Of a stretch of 64,000 bases of DNA, positions 46,092-55,124 are shown piece after piece. Made by a program: the position numbers and the translations under genes. Source of the stretch: an uncultured Chlamydiae bacterium (GTDB lineage Bacteria; Chlamydiota; Chlamydiia; Chlamydiales; JAJFMA01); NCBI GenBank assembly GCA_963713615.1, contig CAVQMM010000001.1, positions 3,360,001-3,424,000 of the forward strand. The letters run 5' to 3'. Every line of letters starts with the position of its first letter. Positions within the stretch are counted from its first letter, which is position 1. Under the pieces are notes generated by a model, which saw nothing but the letters and a program-made list of their open reading frames with translations, did not search any database and was not told the origin of the DNA.

Positions 46092-47102
46092 ATGAAAATA
46101 CTGATTATTGGTGGCTCACATTTTTTAGGAAGAGCCATCTCTGAAACGGCCAACGCTCACGGTCACCAGGTTACAATCTTTAACCGTGGTAAAACCCAAC
46201 CTTTTCTCATTCCTGCCGGTGAGGAAATCCATGGCGACCGCTATGTGGATCTTGATCCCTTGCGTGGGCATTCTTGGGATGTTGTGATAGACACCTGTGG
46301 CTACCATCCCTGGGCGGTAGGAACAAGTGCTTTCTTTCTCGATGGTATTGTGGATCGCTATGTTTTTATCTCTAGTATCTCGGTATATAGAGATCTTTCT
46401 ATCTCCCATATAGATGAACATGCCGGTATTCTCGATTGGCCCAAAAGTGCTTTGTTGGAGGATAGTTCCTCAGCCACATATGGTGCTCGCAAGGTTCTTT
46501 GTGAGCTTGCTGTCGAAGAGGTCTTTCAGGATAACGTGTTTATTATCCGTCCAGGCGTGCTGGCCGGTCCTTACGATTCCATGGGTCGTGTTCCTTACTG
46601 GCTACAGCGGGTAGCACGAGGAGGTGATATCCTCGCTCCAGGAGATCCGCTTCAGCCAATACAACTCATTGATGCCAGAGACGTAGCATCGTGGATCCTG
46701 AAGATGATCGAAGGGACGAAGGGGGGTATTTACAATGCTGTTGGACCACTTCGGCGGCTGACTTTTCAACAATTTTTAGAGACATGCCAGCGGGTTGTGG
46801 GTTCCGACTGTCGTTTCATCTGGGTTGACGAGGCTTTTTTACTTAGTAATAAGATCGCACCTTGGACAGAGCTTCCACTCTGGGTACCCGAGTTCATTGG
46901 TGGTTTGCAAGAGATCAGTGCAAATAAAGCAGTGAGCCAAGGGCTTATCTGTAGGCCATTGGATTCAACCCTTTTAGATACCTATGAATGGATGTGCAAG
47001 GCCGAGCCATCCTGGCCCGAGCAGTCATGGTTAACACCTCAGAGAGAAACTCAGCTATTAGGTGAGTGGAGCGCAACAGTCAATAAGCTCCCTGCTGGCT
47101 AG
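46092..47102 (+). CDS. NAD-dependent epimerase/dehydratase (SDR) family protein
   Basis: ILIIGGSHFLG, FNRG, YVFISSISVY, YGARK, IRPG, QLIDARDVA. Confidence 0.88.
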   Translation: MKILIIGGSHFLGRAISETANAHGHQVTIFNRGKTQPFLIPAGEEIHGDRYVDLDPLRGHSWDVVIDTCGYHPWAVGTSAFFLDGIVDRYVFISSISVYRDLSISHIDEHAGILDWPKSALLEDSSSATYGARKVLCELAVEEVFQDNVFIIRPGVLAGPYDSMGRVPYWLQRVARGGDILAPGDPLQPIQLIDARDVASWILKMIEGTKGGIYNAVGPLRRLTFQQFLETCQRVVGSDCRFIWVDEAFLLSNKIAPWTELPLWVPEFIGGLQEISANKAVSQGLICRPLDSTLLDTYEWMCKAEPSWPEQSWLTPQRETQLLGEWSATVNKLPAG

Positions 47103-47231
47103 CTATGTACTGGCGATTCAGTTGGTTGAGTCCTTGAATCATCTCCTTTTGACGGAAACTGGTATAACCACCATCGGCTCTTTTGAGGCTCATAAATTCA
47201 CGGGTAGATGTAAGTTGGGGATTTTCAAGAG

Positions 47232-47632
47232 CTAACATGAGCAACGTGTAGCCTCAAGCTGTCCCACAAAATCCCGACTGCCATAGCGAACGGCGTAAGC
47301 TAAGGGTGACATCCCTGAGCTATCGGCTATATGCGGATCGGCTCCTGCGGCGATAAGCCAATTCATGACATCAGGACGATTGGTAAGATAGGCGAGATGA
47401 AGAGGTGTTCTTCCAAGATCGTCTTGCGAGTTGAGGTTAAGTTTTCCTTGCGCCGCCAAGCTCATCAATTTTTCCACGATAGATCGCATCATGTAACGGC
47501 CAGGGTGCAAATTGTGCAAGCTCTTGAAGGTTGAAGAGATTCATTCCTCGTGACGCTAACCACCCCTCAATGATAGATCTTCGCTCGACATCATCCTCGG
47601 AATGACTGGTTTGTTTTTGATAAACGTTCCAT
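47232..47632 (-). pseudogene. Frameshifted ankyrin-repeat gene
   Basis: GRTPLHLA and GMSPLAYA repeats; an upstream repeat PLHDAIYRGKIDE lies in another frame (shift near 47460). Confidence 0.7.
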
Positions 47633-47783
47633 AAATCTTACTTTGTAGGACTTATACCAAAGAGGGCGTTACAGACCGATGGTGTGAGACCTTTAAGGGT
47701 GTTTGGTATCAGGCATGTTGCAAATTTTTATTCCACCACGCAGAATGCCGTTAGTTCGAAAACCTAAGAAGAGGACAATATTC

Positions 47784-48290
47784 ATGGTAAAGATTACTTT
47801 GAAAGGAAATTCCATCAATACTAGCGGGACGCTTCCTAGCGTTGGTAGCGTTGCAAAGGACTTCGCTTTGGTAAAGGGAGATCTGTCAGAAGCTTCTTTG
47901 AATACTTTTCCAGGCAAGAAAAAATTGCTCAATATCTTCCCAAGTTTGGATACCGGAACCTGTTCCACTTCAGTAAAAAAGTTTGCGGATGCTGCTCAGA
48001 ATCTAAAAGATGTAGTGGTTATTAATATCTCTAAGGACTTACCCTTCGCTCAAGGACGGTTTTGCTCCTCAGAAGGAGTAAAGGGCGTGGAGACATTGTC
48101 AGCATTTCGCAGTTCCTTTGCTAAGGATTATGGTCTGGAGATCATCGACGGCCCCCTCAAAGGCCTATGCTCGCGGGCTGTAGTTGTTCTTGATGAGAAT
48201 AACCGTGTGATTTACAGCGAGCAGGTTTCCGAGATAGCACAAGAGCCAGATTACGCTAAAGCGCTTGAGGCTTTACATAAAAGCTCTTAG
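47784..48290 (+). CDS. tpx: Thiol peroxidase
   Basis: NIFPSLDTGTC, ISKDLPFAQGRFC, SRAVVVLDE. Confidence 0.96.
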   Translation: MVKITLKGNSINTSGTLPSVGSVAKDFALVKGDLSEASLNTFPGKKKLLNIFPSLDTGTCSTSVKKFADAAQNLKDVVVINISKDLPFAQGRFCSSEGVKGVETLSAFRSSFAKDYGLEIIDGPLKGLCSRAVVVLDENNRVIYSEQVSEIAQEPDYAKALEALHKSS

Positions 48291-48298
48291 GATTTGAC

Positions 48299-49231
48299 AT
48301 GGCACAAGACCTTTTGAATAGACCCGAAATGTCTAACTTGCTCCTATTTCCTATAGCGAAGGATCTGCCAGAGCTCCTTCGCGTTGCTACCTACAATATT
48401 CGCATCGATCATCGCGAGGACCGTGGAGGTCCTCATGATTGGAAAATCCGACAGACCATGGTCGCTTCCCTAATTGCTCAATCTGCGTTTGATTTGGTAG
48501 GAATTCAAGAAGCGAATGCCAGTCAATGGGATGATCTAAAACGCTTGCTGCCAGCTTATGTGGTAGAGGGATTTCCAGCGGGTATGGGACTGCCTCAAGA
48601 AGAAAATCTTCTTGTGGCCTATCGGAAAGACCGTTTGGAATTGCTGGAGGCGAGTGTTTTTTCGCTCTCCCCAAACCCCAATCAGCCTGCCCGAGGGTGG
48701 GATGCCCGTTACCATCGCGCTTTCGTCTATAGTCGCTTATATGACAAGAAATCCGATAAGCGCATTGTGTTCTTCAACACCCATTTTGATCATAAAGGTG
48801 AAGTAGCGCGTGCCGAAAGTACCAAGCTTCTAGTCTCCCTACAAGATCATTTAGCTCAGGGCGCCCCTCGCGTTTTAGTGGGTGATTTTAATCTCTATCC
48901 AGACCGTGGCGGGTTGGATCTCTATGGCACTCTTGTGAATGAAAAATCCGGTTTAAAAGATGTTCGCGATGTAGCCAAAAATGGCAATTTCGGACCCGAT
49001 GGAACCTGGTTGGGATGGGAGTATGAGGCGTCGCGTTCGCCAGATGGTCAGGTTGGCCATAGGCTGGATCATATCTTCGTAGGCGGTGCTCTTGGCGTTC
49101 AGCGATGCGGCGTCTTTTTGGCATCCATCGATCCAAATAACCTGCTTATAGCTGAATTTGACGAGCTCAAAAACGGTTGGCGATGTTATCCTTCAGACCA
49201 TCTGCCGGTGGTTGCAGATCTTTTACTGTAA
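48299..49231 (+). CDS. Endonuclease/exonuclease/phosphatase family protein
   Basis: TYNIR, GIQE, NTHFDH, GDFN, LDHIFV, SDHLPV. Confidence 0.9.
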   Translation: MAQDLLNRPEMSNLLLFPIAKDLPELLRVATYNIRIDHREDRGGPHDWKIRQTMVASLIAQSAFDLVGIQEANASQWDDLKRLLPAYVVEGFPAGMGLPQEENLLVAYRKDRLELLEASVFSLSPNPNQPARGWDARYHRAFVYSRLYDKKSDKRIVFFNTHFDHKGEVARAESTKLLVSLQDHLAQGAPRVLVGDFNLYPDRGGLDLYGTLVNEKSGLKDVRDVAKNGNFGPDGTWLGWEYEASRSPDGQVGHRLDHIFVGGALGVQRCGVFLASIDPNNLLIAEFDELKNGWRCYPSDHLPVVADLLL

Positions 49232-49240
49232 GGAGTTATT

Positions 49241-49708
49241 ATGCAAACTGCGGATCATGCCCTGGCCCTTGATGTTCAAATTACCGTTGGATCTAACGGG
49301 GTTTCTGCGGTTATTTTAGCTCCTTACTCGCGTTCGGGCATTCACTGGAAGATCTGTGCGGAGCGACGCCAAGACGAACATCAGGTAGATCGTTGGATGA
49401 AGGACTATGTAGCCAAACGTCAGCCTTCGGTGGATCTTAAGTTTGATCTGGACGCTTTCCCTGATTTCACGCGCAGAACATTGTGGGCTTTAGCCGAAAT
49501 TCCGTTTGGTGAAACCGCTTCTTATGCTGAAATCGCTAAGCGTCTTGGGGTTCCTCGTGGCCCACGTGCTGTAGGTCAGGCCTGTGGACGTAATCCCATA
49601 CCCCTACTTCTTCCTTGTCATCGTGTTGTTTCTTCTACTGGAGGGTTGGGTGGCTTTGGCTTGGGGCTCGACCTCAAGCGGCGTCTCCTGGCATTCGAGA
49701 CCACCTAG
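49241..49708 (+). CDS. ogt: Methylated-DNA-protein-cysteine methyltransferase
   Basis: IPFGETASY, RAVGQACGRNP, PCHRVV. Confidence 0.92.
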   Translation: MQTADHALALDVQITVGSNGVSAVILAPYSRSGIHWKICAERRQDEHQVDRWMKDYVAKRQPSVDLKFDLDAFPDFTRRTLWALAEIPFGETASYAEIAKRLGVPRGPRAVGQACGRNPIPLLLPCHRVVSSTGGLGGFGLGLDLKRRLLAFETT

Positions 49709-49726
49709 CCATTCAGCTCCTTGTTG

Positions 49727-49742
49727 TGGCATGGAAATGGCA
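49727..49742 (+). promoter_or_regulatory. Putative sigma54 promoter
   Basis: TGGCAT-GGAAA-TGGCA with correct GG/GC spacing, upstream of 49777. Confidence 0.5.
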
Positions 49743-49776
49743 TCCTATTGCCATGGTTTTTAGCAGGAGGGTTGCC

Positions 49777-49965
49777 ATGAATATCGAAGAGCTAATGAAG
49801 CAAATTGCCTATAACGAATTCATCCAAGATCAACTTTCAACTGAGCTTGCCGAGCTGGAACACCTGCTACGTGCGACAGGCTTTCCACAAGGTGTGATAT
49901 CTGTTAAGCAAGTTGCTATGGAAATGCTCGAAAATGACCAACTAGGCATACCCGGCGCTGAATAA
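49777..49965 (+). CDS. CT652.1-like small protein, paralog 1
   Basis: AGGAGG RBS; EFIQDQLSTEL..LLRATGFPQG motif. Confidence 0.8.
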   Translation: MNIEELMKQIAYNEFIQDQLSTELAELEHLLRATGFPQGVISVKQVAMEMLENDQLGIPGAE

Positions 49966-50027
49966 CGCAACGATTTGTGCAAAATTTAACGCTCTTATGA
50001 AGAATTAGGGCACTTTGGGGTTGGAGT

Positions 50028-50219
50028 GCGAGGCGTTCGTGGGGCTTTTTAGGATTTTTACCGCCGAGGCGCCGAGACACAGAGAGATAGGAGAGAGAGG
50101 ATTTAGGAGAGAATGTCCCATTTACAGAACTTTGCACAGAGCAAGAAAGGGAACATTTTCTCCTAAATCCTCTCTCTCCTATCTTTGCGTCTCGGCGGTA
50201 AAAATCCTAAAAACCCCCC
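50028..50219. repeat. Palindromic repeat family A, copy 3 (no inner modules)
   Basis: GGGCTTTTTAGGATTTTTACCGCCGAGGCGC..GATAGGAGAGAGAGGATTTAGGAGAGAATGT and its inverse. Confidence 0.9.
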
Positions 50220-50387
50220 AATTCTTCACAAACCGTCTGCCTTGCCTCTTTTTCAAAATTTTATATTGTCTTTATCCAGCATTTACAAAACAACTTTATA
50301 TTTGGCGGTAACAGAGAAAAATTGTAGTTATACATTGAACTTGAACATTTTATGAAAATTTGCTTACATAGAATTATAGGAGCATAC

Positions 50388-50600
50388 ATGAGACACTCTC
50401 AGGAAACAAAGGCAGGCCACGTAGTCCACGCTTTAAAAACTAAAGCAGCTAGGCTGGAATCAGTCAATGACCAACTAATAACCGAACTGCAGTATGTGAA
50501 TCATCTATTATGCATGGTCGGTTTCGAGGATGGGCTTGAGTCCTTAAAATCAGCAGCAAGCGAGTTGATCGAAGAAGCTTCTTTGGATTTTGGCACCTAG
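50388..50600 (+). CDS. CT652.1-like small protein, paralog 2
   Basis: ARLESVNDQLITEL..LLCMVGFEDGLESLK. Confidence 0.8.
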   Translation: MRHSQETKAGHVVHALKTKAARLESVNDQLITELQYVNHLLCMVGFEDGLESLKSAASELIEEASLDFGT

Positions 50601-50612
50601 TTTTATAGAACT

Positions 50613-50628
50613 TGGCACAGCCTTCGCA
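50613..50628 (+). promoter_or_regulatory. Putative sigma54 promoter
   Basis: TGGCAC-AGCCT-TCGCA upstream of 50666. Confidence 0.65.
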
Positions 50629-50665
50629 TTCTTATGAGAGGTTCTCACATAACGGAGGTAGCAAA

Positions 50666-50866
50666 ATGAACAAAGAAGAACTTCAAAAAAAACTCGCAGA
50701 GCTTGAGTTCACCAATGATCAGCTCATGAGTGAGCTACGCTATCTGGATGGGCTAATGCGATCAATAGGCTTTTCGGATGGGTTGGCAACAGTCAAAGCG
50801 ACTGCCAGAGAGATCCTTGAACGAGAAGGTGAAGAAGAAGAAGACGAGGATTCTAAAGCTGCTTAG
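50666..50866 (+). CDS. CT652.1-like small protein, paralog 3
   Basis: GGAGG RBS; AELEFTNDQLMSEL..LMRSIGFSDGLATVK, acidic tail. Confidence 0.82.
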   Translation: MNKEELQKKLAELEFTNDQLMSELRYLDGLMRSIGFSDGLATVKATAREILEREGEEEEDEDSKAA

Positions 50867-50975
50867 AAATATCAAATAGCTTTTCCAAGAGCTACACGGT
50901 CGATTTGTTAAAGCGATATCTACTTGTTCTTTAGCATCCGATGCGTTTTAATGAACGCAAAAAGGGTGCATCTAT

Positions 50976-51869
50976 ATGACGAAGCTCAAAATCTGGAATC
51001 AATACGCTACTTGGGACGCTGCAGAGAAAAGCTGGGACGAAGGGGCTCGCGAGGCTGCCCGGCAACAGCCGATCAAAGGTTTAAAGACTTTGCCACGTAT
51101 TCCGGGTATCGTTCCCGATACCGCTAAAAATCTGAAGTGGAAAAGTTTTGTTTATATGCTAACGCATGACCACAAAGGAGAAGTCCGCCGTGGCGTTTTG
51201 AAACATCCTTTGCGTTATGCGGTCAGCTTTCTAAAGTCTCTCGTTAAAGGCAAAAGTTATAGCACCGATGGCGACTTCTTTTTATATGGGGTCAAGAGTG
51301 TAGACGAGTTTAAAGGCTTGCTTCAAGATCCCGATGCCCTCTTCGTGGTGGGGTTCTCCTATTGCGAAAAACCTTTTGAATGTCCTTCAGGACGTTTTAC
51401 GTCCGATTGCATCCATGACGCTGAGAATCCTGTTTGCCGTCAATGCAAGGTGGGTAAATGTATTAATGCTTTGCCCGACAAAAATAGCATTCCACTGCTG
51501 ATCCCTACCATACACTATATCGGTGGTCAAATTTTTGATATCGTCCACGCTAACCCTGGCAAGCGGATTCTTTTCATGATCACCGCTTGTGAGTTGGTGC
51601 TAGAAATGTTTGGTGACTGGGGCAATATGGTAGAGATCAAGGGCATAGGCGTACGCTTGGGCGGACGCATCTGCAATACCATGAAAGCCTTCGAATTATC
51701 CGAGGAAGGGATTAAACCAGGTCTTACTGTAGTGGTTGATGAGACTCACCGCTGCATGATGGAGATGATACGCCTCCGACGTCAGAGCCTTTCAGGCCCC
51801 ACAGATCACTCTTGTGCTGGGCATAGTGATACCACTTGCGAAAAGGTTTGTGCGGATGTTGGTGACTAA
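50976..51869 (+). CDS. Cys-rich hypothetical protein (DUF116-like, possibly metal/Fe-S binding)
   Basis: SYCEKPFECP..C..CRQC..C cluster, ITACE, GRICN. Confidence 0.65.
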   Translation: MTKLKIWNQYATWDAAEKSWDEGAREAARQQPIKGLKTLPRIPGIVPDTAKNLKWKSFVYMLTHDHKGEVRRGVLKHPLRYAVSFLKSLVKGKSYSTDGDFFLYGVKSVDEFKGLLQDPDALFVVGFSYCEKPFECPSGRFTSDCIHDAENPVCRQCKVGKCINALPDKNSIPLLIPTIHYIGGQIFDIVHANPGKRILFMITACELVLEMFGDWGNMVEIKGIGVRLGGRICNTMKAFELSEEGIKPGLTVVVDETHRCMMEMIRLRRQSLSGPTDHSCAGHSDTTCEKVCADVGD

Positions 51870-52755
51870 CAGGTCTTCGACGAGGCGCTTCTTGGCAGGT
51901 TGTCTGACAGCATCCTTCAAACTTATTAACACATGTGGGGCAGCAAAGAAAGAGCTCATTGCAGTCCATATTGGCACAGTTATAGTAACTCTCGCTGGGA
52001 GTCCCACAATGATGGCATGCACCTACTACAGGAGCTGGCTGATCCGTTAAAGGAACTGTCAACCGATCATCAAAGACAAAAAGCCTACCAAGCCAGTGTG
52101 CATTGCCAACCTCCTGAGCATACTTGATGACCCCGCCCTCAAGTTGATAAATGCGCTCAAAGCCCTGTTCTCGCATTAGAGACGAAAAGACCTCACAACG
52201 GATTCCACCTGTGCAATACATCATCACAGGAGTTTGCTTAGGGTCAACACGCTCTTTTAAGCCCATCAGGTAGTCGTTAAATTCTCGGAACTGTGAACAA
52301 GGGGGCTGCTCAGCACCTTCAAAATGGCCAACCTTGCCCTCATAAGCATTGCGTACATCCAGGAGTAGATGTCCATCATCTTTCTCCAACATCTGTTCCC
52401 ATTGCTTCGGTGAAACATGCTCACCACGCAACGAAAGGTCGACCTCACAATCCAACGCCACAAGTTGCTTGCGGTATTTAACGGTTAGGCGTGGAAAGAC
52501 GTGCTCGTGATGTTCTTGCACCTTAAAGTCGATAGCTTGGAACGGCTGACGTGCTTTACACCAGTCCATGTAAGTCTGTCCATCAGTCTTGGAAGCAGAC
52601 AATTGTGCATTGACACCCTGTTCGGAAAGATAGATCCTAGCCGTAACATCCTTATCTTGGAGGAACGCTTTGTGGGCCAATACCTCTGCATGAGGATCTT
52701 CGATTTTCTCAAAAAGATAGAAGGCGATGACTAGGTAATTTGATGGCTGTGTCAT
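51724..52755 (-). CDS. trhO: Rhodanese-domain tRNA U34 hydroxylase TrhO (YceA)
   Basis: LLDVRNAYE..VGHF, MYCTGGIRCE, YQLEGGVIKY, FVFDDR. Confidence 0.92.
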   Translation of the reverse strand: MTQPSNYLVIAFYLFEKIEDPHAEVLAHKAFLQDKDVTARIYLSEQGVNAQLSASKTDGQTYMDWCKARQPFQAIDFKVQEHHEHVFPRLTVKYRKQLVALDCEVDLSLRGEHVSPKQWEQMLEKDDGHLLLDVRNAYEGKVGHFEGAEQPPCSQFREFNDYLMGLKERVDPKQTPVMMYCTGGIRCEVFSSLMREQGFERIYQLEGGVIKYAQEVGNAHWLGRLFVFDDRLTVPLTDQPAPVVGACHHCGTPSESYYNCANMDCNELFLCCPTCVNKFEGCCQTTCQEAPRRRPVSHQHPHKPFRKWYHYAQHKSDLWGLKGSDVGGVSSPSCSGESHQPLQ

Positions 52756-52947
52756 AGTAAGCAAGTGGTTAAATTAGAGCATTTATTGTAGCGGATTCAC
52801 CCTTTTTTGCCTAGAGAGAGGGAATAGGAGAAGGAGTTAGGAGTTTACCACAGAGACGCAGAGATGGGATAGAGAGGAGAAAAGCAAGGAAAGTTGAATG
52901 TGTTTTATCGTTTTTGAATGGTTTTTATTGTTGTTGGTTTAATAAAT

Positions 52948-53076
52948 GTCCATTTGTCCATAGAGTCCATGATGTCCATTACTGTCCATATCGTCCACTA
53001 GACCTATCCTAGATGGACTATAGGAATGGACCATGTGGACAGGAATGGACATCATGGACAATATGGACGAATGGAC
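52948..53076. repeat. Family E: GTCCAT tandem units followed by inverted ATGGAC units
   Basis: About 6 GTCCA(T/C) then about 7 (A/G)TGGAC at 8-12 bp spacing. Confidence 0.88.
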
Positions 53077-53144
53077 CTGCCTTAATAGTATCTTAACGAA
53101 GAGTACTTATACTTTGCCCTTTACACTAAGCTTGGGGAGGACAA

Positions 53145-53681
53145 ATGCTCAGTCATGTGACACGATCGTTGTTCTTGAATCATATTGCCCCTGATCTTTA
53201 CCGCACTGCACAAGGACGGGCTTCCGGGAAAGAGCTCTTAAAGCAGCGCGTGGACCATGCCTTTATGACTCTCGTGTGTATTGGAGTCCCTTGCGTGCTA
53301 TCTTACCTAAGCTATAAATGTGCTATGGTTGTATACAATTGTGACTTATCTTGCTGTGCGCAATTCTTTGCCGGGAATACATCAAAAATTTCGTGTCTTC
53401 TAGAGACGGCTAAAGCCATTACCGTGGGATTCGTAGGCACACACCTTGCTATTGGGGTGATCACCGCTGGCGGTGGTGGAACCAAGGATCGCAATGGATG
53501 GATTGAACGAACTATTTATCACCTCAAAGGTTTTTGGGATCCGAGCATAGCCGCGCAGATGGATTGCGACAAATTGGTTGCAGACTTCAAAAGGATATCG
53601 GCAGGCTTGCCCATAATTGGCTTGTACGTAGCCGCATTTTCCTTTGCAGCCTTTTGGGTTCTGCCCTCCATACTACGGTAA
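53145..53681 (+). CDS. Hypothetical membrane protein
   Basis: GGGGAGG RBS; about 3 hydrophobic segments. Confidence 0.65.
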   Translation: MLSHVTRSLFLNHIAPDLYRTAQGRASGKELLKQRVDHAFMTLVCIGVPCVLSYLSYKCAMVVYNCDLSCCAQFFAGNTSKISCLLETAKAITVGFVGTHLAIGVITAGGGGTKDRNGWIERTIYHLKGFWDPSIAAQMDCDKLVADFKRISAGLPIIGLYVAAFSFAAFWVLPSILR

Positions 53682-53785
53682 GCCACCCGGATTAGGAGTT
53701 GGAGAAAATCGCGCAGGCGTGCGATAATTAAGAATGGATAATCAATGAAACACCCCATTTATAGATCACTAAGGAGTGATAGGTC

Positions 53786-54100
53786 ATGGCAGACTCCCTC
53801 GTACATCTTGATGATGACAATTTTGATAAAGAAATTGCCCAAGGAACAACACTAGTCGATTTTTTTGCGGATTGGTGTGGTCCTTGCCGCATGATGGAGC
53901 CCCTCATCCACGAGTTGGCTGATGAGCTAAAAGGTAAGGTTAAAGTTGGTAAGCTGGACATTGAAAAGGCTCAAAAAACGACAGCAACCCTTCAAGTGAC
54001 TTCAATTCCCACCTTGATTGTTTTCAAGGATGGTAAAGAGGTGAATCGTATCGTTGGTCTCAAGGACAAAGACTCACTAAAGCGTTTAGTGGGAGTCTAG
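53786..54100 (+). CDS. trxA: Thioredoxin
   Basis: WCGPC, SIPTL. Confidence 0.97.
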   Translation: MADSLVHLDDDNFDKEIAQGTTLVDFFADWCGPCRMMEPLIHELADELKGKVKVGKLDIEKAQKTTATLQVTSIPTLIVFKDGKEVNRIVGLKDKDSLKRLVGV

Positions 54101-54161
54101 CATCTCGCGGGGCGTAGTTTTTATCACGCTATTGCCCCACCACTTGTGACTTAAAAAAGGG

Positions 54162-54614
54162 ATGATCATGTTCAGCTCGAGCCACGATACCTATGTCTGC
54201 AGACTGCTTCCTAATGACCACTTGAAAGAAGAACTTCTGGAATTTGCCCGAAAACTTGATCTGAGGGCGGCTTACATCGTCACCTGTGTGGGTAGCTTGC
54301 GACATGCGCATCTCCGCCTCGCTGATGCTCGTGAAGGCACGACGTGGACAGCGAAAATGGAAATTGTGTCACTAGTTGGTACTTTTTTCAATGGAGGATG
54401 TCATTTGCATATTTCACTGGCTGATGGTCAGGGAAAAATGATTGGAGGACATCTTCTAGACGGATGTATCATCCACACGACTGCTGAGATTGTCATTGGA
54501 GAAGCTAAACAGCTTGAATTCTATCGAGAAACAGATCTCGCCACGGGACACCTTGAATTGGGTGTTAAAACTCGCGAAGCCTCTCACCCATCGCTTCAAG
54601 AAAACCCCTGCTGA
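54162..54614 (+). CDS. PPC-domain (DUF296) protein
   Basis: CVGSL, EIVSLVGT, HLHISLAD, GGHLL, TTAEI. Confidence 0.88.
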   Translation: MIMFSSSHDTYVCRLLPNDHLKEELLEFARKLDLRAAYIVTCVGSLRHAHLRLADAREGTTWTAKMEIVSLVGTFFNGGCHLHISLADGQGKMIGGHLLDGCIIHTTAEIVIGEAKQLEFYRETDLATGHLELGVKTREASHPSLQENPC

Positions 54615-55045
54615 CGCCACGCCTCATAAACAACAATCCCCACAGATGTTGCAAGGTTCAGGCAACGTTGCTTGGGACGCATCGGAATAGTGCGGAAATT
54701 GTCAGCCCATTGGCTTACAATTTCTTCCGGAAGACCAGATGTTTCGGAACCAAAGACCAATAGATCATCAGGGCCATAGCCAGGATTGTCATAGAGGCGC
54801 GTCGCTTTGCTGGAAAAGAAATAGATGCCACCAATTACCTGATCGAAAATTTCTTCCAGACTATCAACAATAATGACATTGACTCCCTCCCAGTAGTCGA
54901 GACCTGCACGCTTGAGCCATCGATCGGAAATACTAAATCCTAGTGGACGAACTAGAACAAGATCACAACCCGTCACAGCACATGTTCGCACGATGTTGCC
55001 ACAATTTTGGGGAATCTGCGGCTGGTAAAGGACAACCTTCATCAT
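54596..55045 (-). CDS. trmL: tRNA (cytidine34-2'-O)-methyltransferase
   Basis: PQIPQNCGNI, KRAGLDYW, FGSETSGLP, LNLA, YEAWRQ. Confidence 0.95.
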   Translation of the reverse strand: MMKVVLYQPQIPQNCGNIVRTCAVTGCDLVLVRPLGFSISDRWLKRAGLDYWEGVNVIIVDSLEEIFDQVIGGIYFFSSKATRLYDNPGYGPDDLLVFGSETSGLPEEIVSQWADNFRTIPMRPKQRCLNLATSVGIVVYEAWRQQGFS

Positions 55046-55070
55046 TAACCTAAAACTAAATCAAGATACC

Positions 55071-55100
55071 AAAAAGCCACCATCGAGAGATAGTGGCTTC
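55071..55100 (-). terminator. Intrinsic terminator after mip
   Basis: Minus strand GAAGCCACTATC-TCTC-GATGGTGGCTTTTT. Confidence 0.65.
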
Positions 55101-55124
55101 AAAGAATGAAGGTTACTGGTTGGA

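Noticed and set aside
52948..53076. Family E as a mini-CRISPR
   Set aside because: Units are only 6 bp with 2-6 bp linkers and invert midway
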